Source: an uncultured Clostridia bacterium (GTDB taxonomy: Bacteria > Bacillota > Clostridia > UBA1381). Taken from it: a stretch of DNA of 64,000 nucleotides. Below the pieces are notes generated by a model that was not told the DNA's origin, made no database searches, and saw nothing but the letters and a program-made list of their open reading frames with translations. Made by a program: the position numbers and the translations under genes. The stretch covers positions 1-64,000 of the forward strand of contig CAUGRT010000004.1 of assembly GCA_959602045.1 (NCBI GenBank), written 5' to 3'. Positions 17,234 to 25,553 of the stretch are shown piece after piece; the stretch's first letter is position 1; each line of letters starts with the position of its first letter.

Positions 17234-18019
17234 TTAAAAACTTCCGCCCCTTCCACCGTGACTTCTTCCGGAAGACGATGTATGGCTGCCGGAATCCGAT
17301 TTCGGTTTTTCCGTTTTTGTCACGGTGCTGTAAAGGAATATATCCCTTGAAAAGTCAAGATTCATACTGTTCGGCTTCATATAATTGCCGGCATAGTCCT
17401 CTTTGACCGCCGTTTTCATTGCGCAGAGCTTTTTGTGCATCATAAAATACGCAAGAATAAGGGGAAGAAGAAGCGCCACGGCAACCACACACAGGATATA
17501 CTTCATGCTGTGCTGACTCTTGTTGAACGGCTTACCCTCTGCTGCCATCTCCAAAAGCTCTTCCGTATGCTCGGCATAGGATTTGACTGCCGCATAATAG
17601 TTATCTTCCTTCAGAAACGGCACAACTTTTTTTTCAAGATAGGCAAGACCGTTTTCGTTGAATATCGTTTCACCGCTGCCGCAGACGGAAAAATGATATT
17701 TTCTTTCGTAGTCTGCTATGTAAAAAAGTATTCCGTCATAATTTTCACCGTAACCGTAGCCATTATAATCGTAAATGTCGTCTGCCGACGCTTGTGCATC
17801 AACGGCAGAGAGGCTTTTTTCCGAAACAAACGCAACGTCAAAGCTGTATTTTTCACGGATACTGTTAAACTGCGCCGTAAGCTCCTCATTCTGTTCTTCG
17901 GTAAGGTATCCCGCCAAATCCGTAATCGGCGGCCGTTCAAATTCCGCATAGACGGGAAGCACTGACAAAAGACAAAAGACAGCTGTAATAAGTATAACAA
18001 TTTTTTTCATCGCACTCAC
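17234..18019 (-). CDS. TPM-domain protein (TLP18.3/Psb32/MOLO-1 family) with a C-terminal membrane anchor and Gly/Ser-rich tail
   Basis: DLAGYLTEEQNEELTAQFNSIREKYSFDVAFVS...DGILFYIADYERKYHFSVCGSGE matches the TPM pattern; a hydrophobic helix is followed by SSSGRSHGGRGGSF. Confidence 0.7.
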   Translation of the reverse strand: MSAMKKIVILITAVFCLLSVLPVYAEFERPPITDLAGYLTEEQNEELTAQFNSIREKYSFDVAFVSEKSLSAVDAQASADDIYDYNGYGYGENYDGILFYIADYERKYHFSVCGSGETIFNENGLAYLEKKVVPFLKEDNYYAAVKSYAEHTEELLEMAAEGKPFNKSQHSMKYILCVVAVALLLPLILAYFMMHKKLCAMKTAVKEDYAGNYMKPNSMNLDFSRDIFLYSTVTKTEKPKSDSGSHTSSSGRSHGGRGGSF

Positions 18020-18585
18020 CCCCTAGAGTTATCAATATTTATCGCGTCAAGCTCCGATAAATCATATTCCTGCTCCTTAAGAATGATTTTTGTATAGCTT
18101 GCCGCATTAAGTATAATATCATGAGGCGTCTTCGCCTCCGCAATGTTATATTTTATTATATTTGCAATATTATTTTCTTCGTCCCATTTAACCTCGCATC
18201 CCATTTCCTCGGCAACCAGCCGCAGGGGAACAAAGGTTCTTTCGTCTTTAATTACCGCCGGAACATCCATGCTTCTTTTTTCACCGTTTTTATAATAGTC
18301 TGCGTTGCCTATATAAAGCGTAAGCTTATCGGAAGGCGAATCAATATCGACTCTTTGTTCCTCTGCGGACCACTCAACGCTGTACTTTAAATGCTCCGAA
18401 ACGGCTCTCACCGGAACGAGCGTCCGTCCGTTTTCCACAAAGGGTGAAACCTCCGTTTCGATAATTTCCCCATTTATCGTTATCCCAACCGCAATATCTG
18501 CGCCGGCATTGACGCAAACTATATTACCGGAAATAAAAAGAAATAAAACCGTTAAAAAAGCAATATATTTTTTAATAAAAATCAC
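18016..18585 (-). CDS. Copper-amine-oxidase N-terminal-domain (stalk-like) protein, secreted
   Basis: Two copies of the NG(R/E)TLVP(V/L)R.V.E..G..V.W motif; signal peptide; ATGA overlap with the TPM gene. Confidence 0.65.
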   Translation of the reverse strand: MIFIKKYIAFLTVLFLFISGNIVCVNAGADIAVGITINGEIIETEVSPFVENGRTLVPVRAVSEHLKYSVEWSAEEQRVDIDSPSDKLTLYIGNADYYKNGEKRSMDVPAVIKDERTFVPLRLVAEEMGCEVKWDEENNIANIIKYNIAEAKTPHDIILNAASYTKIILKEQEYDLSELDAINIDNSRG

Positions 18586-18653
18586 CTCTTGAATTTTGGC
18601 ACATATGCTCCCGCTGCCAAAAACAGGACGGCGGGAGCATTCGGATATTTTAC

Positions 18654-19049
18654 TTATGCCGGCTCTTTATTTTTTACCGCACCAATTATGTACAGAACCG
18701 GAATAATCAGACCGGTAGCGTAGTTAATAATGTTAAAATCACTGCCAAGCACGTTTGAAATAACGTTTCCCGCTACGCTTAAAATTGCCACAATTACGCC
18801 AATAACTATGCAGCTTTGAGCCTTTTCGGGTTTATCGCAGTTTTTTACACCCATAATTCCGGCAATCAGCTGAAATACTGCACTTGCCAGAATCAGCGCA
18901 CTTGCAAGCATAAGCCCGCCGGCACTCGTTTCAAGAACCGCCGCCAAAGCTCCTGCTCCGATCATTGCAACAATCCCTCCGATGATACCAAATGCTCCTC
19001 CAATAATCATCAGAATACCCGTGACCTTCAAAAACTTTCTTCCTTTCAT
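18654..19049 (-). CDS. Small multi-pass membrane protein
   Basis: 131 aa, predominantly hydrophobic with Gly/Ala-rich helices. Confidence 0.5.
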   Translation of the reverse strand: MKGRKFLKVTGILMIIGGAFGIIGGIVAMIGAGALAAVLETSAGGLMLASALILASAVFQLIAGIMGVKNCDKPEKAQSCIVIGVIVAILSVAGNVISNVLGSDFNIINYATGLIIPVLYIIGAVKNKEPA

Positions 19050-19223
19050 AATGAACCTCCTTAAAATTTTTTATTTATATCCACATTTTAAAAATGGATA
19101 TTACAATTAAATTATTTGTTTATCGTAAACGCATCGCAAAGCGGTCTCAGCGTTTTAAGATTTTCCCAAAGAAATATCTTGTCGCCCGCATCAAGCGTTA
19201 CATCCTCCGGAATTTTAACATCT

Positions 19224-19508
19224 TTATATTGACTCTCTTTCATTATTTTGTTTCGCCCCGCACAAGGGACAGTACTCCGCGTCATCCGGAAGCACGTTCC
19301 CGCATTTTTCGCAGCAGCGGTGCTTTGCTTTGTAAATATCAAAAAGCGTTTCATCGTGCAGCTTTGTATGACAAACCTCGCAAAGCTTGTTTTTTGCGGC
19401 CTGTGCGTTGCCGCAGCACTGACAGATTTTAAGCCTTTTCATATTTTCCGTACCGAAACCGAAATGCTCCAAAACTTCTTTTCTTGACGGATTATTATAT
19501 TTCGCCAT
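19224..19508 (-). CDS. Small zinc-ribbon protein
   Basis: CQCCGN...CEVCH and CCEKCGN...CPLCG motifs; probable start MAKYNNPS. Confidence 0.45.
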   Translation of the reverse strand: MAKYNNPSRKEVLEHFGFGTENMKRLKICQCCGNAQAAKNKLCEVCHTKLHDETLFDIYKAKHRCCEKCGNVLPDDAEYCPLCGAKQNNERESI

Positions 19509-19879
19509 TTTCATCGGCACCTCCGTATAACAACTTTTTTTCGCATACGGAGCAAACTATGTCGCCTTCTTTCGCTCTTGCTCCGCAGTGCTTGCAGTAT
19601 TTCGCCTCCTCCTCGAGAGGAGCACAGTCCACGCACATCAGCACATCCGGATTATACACAACGGAATCAACCCATCTGCCGCATCGGTGACAAACATTAA
19701 AATTATTTTTGCCCTCCGATTCCCAAGCGGTAAAAAGCTCTTTTTCCGGATTATCCGCATAATATGTTCCGCTTGTGCAAACAAGCATCCCCGACAATTC
19801 GCAGAAAAAGCTGTAACGGTTTCCGCCCTGTGACGGAATAATTTTGTATGCAGCCGTTTTATGCTTCTCATTTATCATA
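19495..19879 (-). CDS. Zinc-ribbon protein
   Basis: CHRCGRW...CVDC and CKHCGAR...CSVCE motifs. The preferred start is the ATG at about 19879, preceded by GAGGAGG. The track start at 19968 would place the ribosome-binding site inside the coding region. Confidence 0.45.
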
Positions 19880-20167
19880 CGCCTCGCCTCCTCTCTGAAA
19901 AACTTATAAACCCGTTTCTTTTGCACAAACCTACGCAAATTATCCGCAAGCCGTTGACTAATTGCCAAAAATGTGATATACTTGTGCTGGATATGTCTGC
20001 TAAAAAAGAACCCGTCTTTTTATTTAAGAAACTGCGATTACTTTATAATAGGTTGAAACACATACGTAAAAGGTCGCCCCTTTATCTTTTTTTGCAGATA
20101 ATTCTTTCCGGTGCTGCAAATTGTTGTTTTTACATGTTTTCATTATACATAGAAATATCTTTTTTGT

Positions 20168-20252
20168 CCCCATACTTTTTACCAAAAGTATAGGATGAAT
20201 TTCAAAAAAAATTAAGTTTTTTTGAAAAAGTAGGGGAAAAAGTATAGGATTG
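20168..20252. promoter_or_regulatory. Cluster of AAAAGTATAGGAT motifs (two direct copies, one inverted copy, one degenerate copy) upstream of the solute-binding-protein gene
   Basis: ccatacttttt (inverted) at about 20170; aaaagtataggat at about 20184 and about 20238; aaaaagtagggg at about 20225. Confidence 0.4.
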
Positions 20253-20333
20253 ATTACATCTGTTGGCAACTTACCGGCATAAAACAGGAAAAACGGAAAA
20301 AATCATCAAATCATATCATGGGGGAATCTAAAT

Positions 20334-21656
20334 ATGAAATCAGCAAGAAAATTGTTTTTGCTTTTACTCATTTTCAGCATATCAATATGCTGCCTTTCCG
20401 GCTGCAAAAAATCGAAGCTTGATAAAAACAAACCCGTTACGCTTACAATGTGGCACGTTTACGGAGAACAAGCGGATTCGCCGATGAATCGGCTTATTGA
20501 CGAATTTAACGAGACAGTTGGCATGGAAAAAGGCATTATTATCAATGTTACGGCAATGTCGAATGCCTCCAAAATAGGCGAAAAACTGCTTGACGCACAT
20601 AATAAGATTCCCGGTTCCGCCGAAATGCCCGACCTTTTCTTTGCGCACAAAAGCAACGCGCTGGAGCTTGGAACGGATTGTTTACTTGACTGGAACGAAT
20701 ATTTTTCCGAAAAAGAGCTTTCGGCATACGTTCCGGGGTTTTTAGAGGACGGCACGGCAGACGGAAAGCTGTCCGTGTTCCCGGTGTCCAAATCCACCCA
20801 TCTTTTGTTTATCGCCGGCGGTCAGTTTGAACGCTTTTCAGCCGATACGGGCGTTACATATGAAGCACTGTCCACCTGGGACGGGTTTTTCGATGCTGCC
20901 GCGAAATATTATGACTGGTCGGGCGGAAAACCGTTCTGCGCTCTTGATTATCCGCTGCGAGCCATTGAGCTTGCGGCTGCGGAAAGCGGCGCAGGAAATA
21001 TTTTTGCCGACAACGGATTCTATGACCCGTCAAACGTGATTTTTAAGCAAACCTTCATGAAATTTGCGGATTCGCTTGCAAAAGGGCATATTATGCTTTC
21101 AAATCTCTATTCAAACACACAGGTGATGACAGGCGAGGTTGTAGCCGGCATAGGCTCGTCCGCCGCAATTCTTTACTATAATGATACCGTGACATATGAG
21201 GACGGAACGAGTGAGCCGATGGATCTGGAGATACTGCCTCTGCCCGCTGAAAACGGAAAAAAGCCGTATATCACGCAAGCCGGAGTCGGTCTTTGCGCAT
21301 ATAAAACATCAAGTCAAAAAGCAGAGGCTGCAGTGATTTTTGCCAAATGGCTCACCGAGCCGGAGAGAAATCTTGAGTTCGTATGCCAAACAGGTTATAT
21401 GCCGGTTACAAACGGTGCGTTTGACAAAATAGACGACTGCCGTTTCAAGACAGCCGATTATGAAAAACTCTATGCAGCCCTAAAAAAAATTAAGGAAAGC
21501 TCGGAGGTTTTATCGGAACAGCAAAGTCCCGAATATTACAGCAGAGTTTACGCATTTTACGATTATTTAAGAAACGAACAGAAACAATTTATATTAAGCA
21601 ACACACCGCCCGAAGCACTTGCCGAGGGACTTTGGCAAAAGCTCTGCGAAAAATAG
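20334..21656 (+). CDS. ABC transporter solute-binding lipoprotein (family 1 extracellular solute-binding protein)
   Basis: Signal peptide with CLSGC lipobox; overall solute-binding-protein-like composition. Confidence 0.75.
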   Translation: MKSARKLFLLLLIFSISICCLSGCKKSKLDKNKPVTLTMWHVYGEQADSPMNRLIDEFNETVGMEKGIIINVTAMSNASKIGEKLLDAHNKIPGSAEMPDLFFAHKSNALELGTDCLLDWNEYFSEKELSAYVPGFLEDGTADGKLSVFPVSKSTHLLFIAGGQFERFSADTGVTYEALSTWDGFFDAAAKYYDWSGGKPFCALDYPLRAIELAAAESGAGNIFADNGFYDPSNVIFKQTFMKFADSLAKGHIMLSNLYSNTQVMTGEVVAGIGSSAAILYYNDTVTYEDGTSEPMDLEILPLPAENGKKPYITQAGVGLCAYKTSSQKAEAAVIFAKWLTEPERNLEFVCQTGYMPVTNGAFDKIDDCRFKTADYEKLYAALKKIKESSEVLSEQQSPEYYSRVYAFYDYLRNEQKQFILSNTPPEALAEGLWQKLCEK

Positions 21657-21669
21657 ACGGGGGATTGTT

Positions 21670-23271
21670 ATGCAAATATCGGTAAGAAACAAAAGACAAT
21701 CTATGCAAAAAAAGCTGTTTGGATATATGTTTATCCTGGCTATCGTTTTATTGCTTATATTTGCGGCTTTTCTTTTCCTGTTCGGACGTTTTTCGACAAC
21801 CGAGGATAAAATATCGGATATATTAAGCCTTCAGATTGAGTTTTTCGACCGTGAAATGACGTCTTACTACAATGATATTACCTTGCGCGGCGCACAGCTT
21901 TCCGAAAAAGCCGCACAGCTTACCGAGCAATATCTCAATTCGGAAAATACAGATTTTGGCGTCGTTCAGAATTCTTCTTTGCATATCAACGCTCTTGAGG
22001 AACGCTATATTGATTTATTGAAGAACGAGCTTTTAAAGGCAAGCTGTTCCGGCGCTTTTATTCTGATTAACGCATCTCAAACCGGCGAAAGCGGTTCAAA
22101 AGCAGGCGTGTACCTTAATCAGGATCTGTTCGGAACAACGGACAAGGAAACAATGCTTCTTTACAGGGGAAATGTGAAGGCTGCAATAAACAAAGGCATT
22201 ATGCCTCACCGTAAATGGCATTTGGAATTTGACACCGGGGTATTCCCGAATTTTGAAGAAGTTCTTTCGGATACCGCCGAGCCGATTGAAAAAGCCACTC
22301 ATATTTGTAATATTATAACGCTTCCCGGAACGTCGGAGCGTGTTATGCTTGTAGCGCTTCCTATCAGAGGCGACGGCGGCCGCGTTTACGGCATCTGCGG
22401 CTTTGAAGTAAACGAAAGCGTTTTTAAGTCCGCACACGCACAGCCGTCCACGCTTCCGCACATAACCTGCATATTCTCCCGCTCGGGCGATAAAGAAATC
22501 AATATCAAAGAGGGATTAAGCTGCGGAGCAAAAAACGGATATTTTCTTGCACCTAAGGATTCCCTCAAAATCAAGCCGCTGAAAAAGGGTCTTGTCGCTT
22601 TAAAAAATGAATACGGCGCATATATCGGCATGACGAGAAACACAACTCTTTATTCCGAAAACACACCTTATTCTATTACGGTTATGATGCCGTATGCGGA
22701 TTATTCCGGGCTGGAAACGAAAAACACCATACAGCTTATACTCATAATTCTGATTTTGGGATTTGCTGTTTTAAGCCTTAGCCTGTATTTTTCAAAACGA
22801 TTTATCCTTCCGATAAAAAAATCGCTTGACAAAATAAAGCAATCCGAAAAGACATATTCCGACGAAAGTCAAAGCGGTATTATGGAAATTGACGACCTTT
22901 TTGCATTTCTTGCCGGAAAGGATAACGAATATCAAAAAATCTTCGATGAGCATTCCGAAAAAAACGAGAGTCTGCAAAGCGAGATTGAACGCATCAGAAC
23001 CGAAAACAAGCGTCTGATGAAAGAGCATAAAAATATCATCATACAGGATGATTATGATCATTTCTGTTCGGGTTTACGCAGTCTTACTCCCAAGGAGAGA
23101 ATAATATTTGACCTCTATCTGGAGGGAAAAACCGTTCCTGAAATTTTACAGATTGCAGAAGTTAAAGAGAGTACACTTAAATACCATAACGGCAATATTT
23201 ACAGCAAGCTCGGCGTTTCCTCAAAAAAGCAGCTTCTTAATTTTGCGGCACTGTATGCACGGGAAAAATAA
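21670..23271 (+). CDS. Membrane-anchored LuxR-family transcriptional regulator with a large extracytoplasmic sensor domain
   Basis: Two transmembrane helices flank a roughly 330-aa domain. C-terminal LuxR HTH: LTPKERIIFDLYLEGKTVPEILQIAEVKESTLKYHNGNIYSKLGV. Likely start MQISV after GGGGGA. Confidence 0.7.
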   Translation: MQISVRNKRQSMQKKLFGYMFILAIVLLLIFAAFLFLFGRFSTTEDKISDILSLQIEFFDREMTSYYNDITLRGAQLSEKAAQLTEQYLNSENTDFGVVQNSSLHINALEERYIDLLKNELLKASCSGAFILINASQTGESGSKAGVYLNQDLFGTTDKETMLLYRGNVKAAINKGIMPHRKWHLEFDTGVFPNFEEVLSDTAEPIEKATHICNIITLPGTSERVMLVALPIRGDGGRVYGICGFEVNESVFKSAHAQPSTLPHITCIFSRSGDKEINIKEGLSCGAKNGYFLAPKDSLKIKPLKKGLVALKNEYGAYIGMTRNTTLYSENTPYSITVMMPYADYSGLETKNTIQLILIILILGFAVLSLSLYFSKRFILPIKKSLDKIKQSEKTYSDESQSGIMEIDDLFAFLAGKDNEYQKIFDEHSEKNESLQSEIERIRTENKRLMKEHKNIIIQDDYDHFCSGLRSLTPKERIIFDLYLEGKTVPEILQIAEVKESTLKYHNGNIYSKLGVSSKKQLLNFAALYAREK

Positions 23272-23278
23272 TAACAGA

Positions 23279-23370
23279 GCCACACAGCAGAGAATAATTC
23301 TCGGTTGTGTGGTTCTTTCATACAGACAGCGAAAGGCATATAGAAATGCTCCCCGCTGTCTTTTGTTTTT
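23279..23370 (+). terminator. Two tandem hairpins downstream of the LuxR-type gene
   Basis: First hairpin: gccacacagc...gttgtgtggttcttt. Second hairpin: gacagcg...cgctgtcttttgttttt. Confidence 0.5.
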
Positions 23371-23507
23371 AATAGCACCTCGGTCTTGCCGCGAAACCGA
23401 AACCGCTGTTTGTTGTAATAACGACATTATTATGGAGTGGTATAATATAAATAGAGTCGACAAACACCCAAAAATCTGATATAATAAATCAGAAAGAGGG
23501 AAAGAAA

Positions 23508-23603
23508 ATGTCAAAGTATAGCAAGGAATTTAAAGAGGAAGCGTTAAAACTGTCCGATGAAATAGGAGTCAAGAAGGCAGCACTGCAATTAGGATTGCAA
23601 TAA
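23508..23603 (+). mobile_element. IS3-family transposase OrfA N-terminal fragment (32 codons) - insertion-sequence scar
   Basis: MSKYSKEFKEEALKLSDEIGVKKAALQLGLQ* is the canonical HTH start of IS3/IS150-family OrfA, truncated by a stop. No remainder of the element follows. Confidence 0.6.
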
Positions 23604-23949
23604 TTCAGTATAAAAAGTAGTCAGGAATTATTGACGAATTGATTAAAAATATCAGCAGCGGTATCTTGATGGAAGCGAAGTGGATGAGTATACAGAGGTC
23701 TGTTCGAGGGGAGTAATAAAAAATGTTATTTGATTGACACTTGCTTTTCGATACAAGATAAGCTGAAAAAGGTTGTGTATTCGTTTTTTGAGTTTTGAAA
23801 TGAAGATAATTGATATTTTTGCGTTTAAAATTTAAAAATAAGAGAATAATATGGATGTACATTCTGAAAAAACATACGGGAATTATATTCCGGTAGTTAT
23901 GCTGCTGTTGGCGGCAGAATGAAAGATTTTTATGAAAGGAGTCATAGCT

Positions 23950-24228
23950 ATGAAAGGTTTAAAATTTTTAGTCATTGCAATTATGGGGTGTATGGTACTT
24001 TGTTCTTGCGGAACGAAAAACAGTACGACGGCAACACCGTCTCCGGAGCCGACCGCAACGGCAACCGAAACAGCTCCGGCTGCAACCTCCAATAATGGCG
24101 AAAGTGCGATGGATGAAGCAGGAAATGCGATTCAAGACGTTGGAGATGCTGTTGGAGATGTTGCTCAGGATGCCGGAAATGCGGTGAATGACGTTGTCGG
24201 TGACGGCAAAAACCAGAATAACCAATAA
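23950..24228 (+). CDS. Small lipoprotein with Asp/Gly/Ala/Val-rich repeats
   Basis: Signal peptide with MVLCSCG lipobox, AAGGAG ribosome-binding site, and repeated D(V/A)(G/A)xxNAxxDV units. Confidence 0.55.
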   Translation: MKGLKFLVIAIMGCMVLCSCGTKNSTTATPSPEPTATATETAPAATSNNGESAMDEAGNAIQDVGDAVGDVAQDAGNAVNDVVGDGKNQNNQ

Positions 24229-24441
24229 CAATACTTCATCGGAATGAAGGGTGTCTGACGGTTTTGTACCTCAGCCCCTTTTTTATTGGAATTTTATAAA
24301 AATGAGTCATATATGCGAAAAAACGTTCATAGATTATAATAAAAAAGTACAAGTACTCTCGGAAATATGTCGGAATACGGCGAATTAAGCAATATGTCGG
24401 GGATGATTTTCGGGGGTTATTCATTTGGGAGGAATCAGGAT

Positions 24442-25314
24442 ATGTGCTATGATTATAAACGTTTGAACGAGGATATTAAAATTTTGACAGAAAATTACTC
24501 GGATGTGATTACAAAATTTACGGTAGGAAAAAGTGTGATGGGAAAGGAAATCCCATGCCTGAAGATAGGGGAGGGTGAGAACCGGCTGCTGCTGATTGGG
24601 TCGCATCATGGCTTGGAGTATCTTACCTCTGCTTTTTTGATGCGCTTTCTGGCAAATTATACGGTGCGTTTGCTTACGGAAAATCTTTATTTTGATCACG
24701 ATATTCATGAGTTGAATGAAAAAGTGACGCTATATATTATCCCGATGCTCAATCCGGATGGCGTGGACATTGCGGTGAACGGGCTGGATATTACCAATCC
24801 CTATCACCGGCACTTAATCAGCCTGGTCGGAATCCACAGCTTTAATCAGGTTTGGCAGGCAAATGCCGGAGGGGTGGATATTAATCATAATTATGATGCA
24901 AACTGGAAGATGGTTGTTGAACGACCGGCGCCTTCAAAGTTTGGCGGCCCATATCCGGAATCTGAGCCGGAAACATGTGCCGCAGTACATTTTGCACGTG
25001 AAAATGATATTGATATGATTCTTGCGTTTCATAGCCAGGGAAGAGAGATTTATTATGATTTCGACGGTATGACGGCAATGCGCTCGGAAGAGATTGCACG
25101 GCGAATGTCCGAAGAAAGCGGCTATCAATTGGCACAGCCGACCGGAACTGCGTCCTTTGGCGGCTGCAAGGATTGGTTTATTAAGGAATTTGGCAAAGAG
25201 GGATTTACGATTGAAATCGGTAGCGGAAAGAATCCCTTGCCTATGAGCATGCTGGATGATGTCTATGATGAAAATGCTAAAATTGTATTGACTGCGATGG
25301 AAGAAATCGCATAA
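24442..25314 (+). CDS. M14-family zinc carboxypeptidase (murein-peptide / gamma-D-glutamyl-diamino-acid peptidase-like)
   Basis: GSHHGLEY (HxxE zinc site) and downstream His/Glu residues. The start is taken at MCYDY after GGGAGG. Confidence 0.7.
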   Translation: MCYDYKRLNEDIKILTENYSDVITKFTVGKSVMGKEIPCLKIGEGENRLLLIGSHHGLEYLTSAFLMRFLANYTVRLLTENLYFDHDIHELNEKVTLYIIPMLNPDGVDIAVNGLDITNPYHRHLISLVGIHSFNQVWQANAGGVDINHNYDANWKMVVERPAPSKFGGPYPESEPETCAAVHFARENDIDMILAFHSQGREIYYDFDGMTAMRSEEIARRMSEESGYQLAQPTGTASFGGCKDWFIKEFGKEGFTIEIGSGKNPLPMSMLDDVYDENAKIVLTAMEEIA

Positions 25315-25507
25315 GGTTTCTGCAATGAAAATCATAATTGCTCGCCGGAGGATTATGATTTTTATCAAAAAATAATTTAATCTATGATCAAAAGAAGAAT
25401 TTGCGTTATAAATTTACGAGAAGCTTTGTGCTGCGGAGGCACCTTCGGATAAATATGATGGCATTTGCCGGAGATTTTTATAGGATTATCCCTTGCGGCA
25501 ATTATCA

Positions 25508-25552
25508 AAAAGGCTGTGAAGATGTTTTGGCATCCTCACAGCCTTTTATTAT
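25508..25552. terminator. Bidirectional Rho-independent terminator (aaggctgtgaag...cctcacagcctt) between the M14 gene and carB
   Basis: 12-bp stem with one mismatch, flanked by A/T runs on both sides. Confidence 0.6.
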
Positions 25553-25553
25553 T

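Noticed and set aside
24229-24290. Terminator after the small lipoprotein gene
   Set aside because: Only a weak 4-bp stem (gggt/gccc) with a large loop precedes the T-run, so the support is not convincing.
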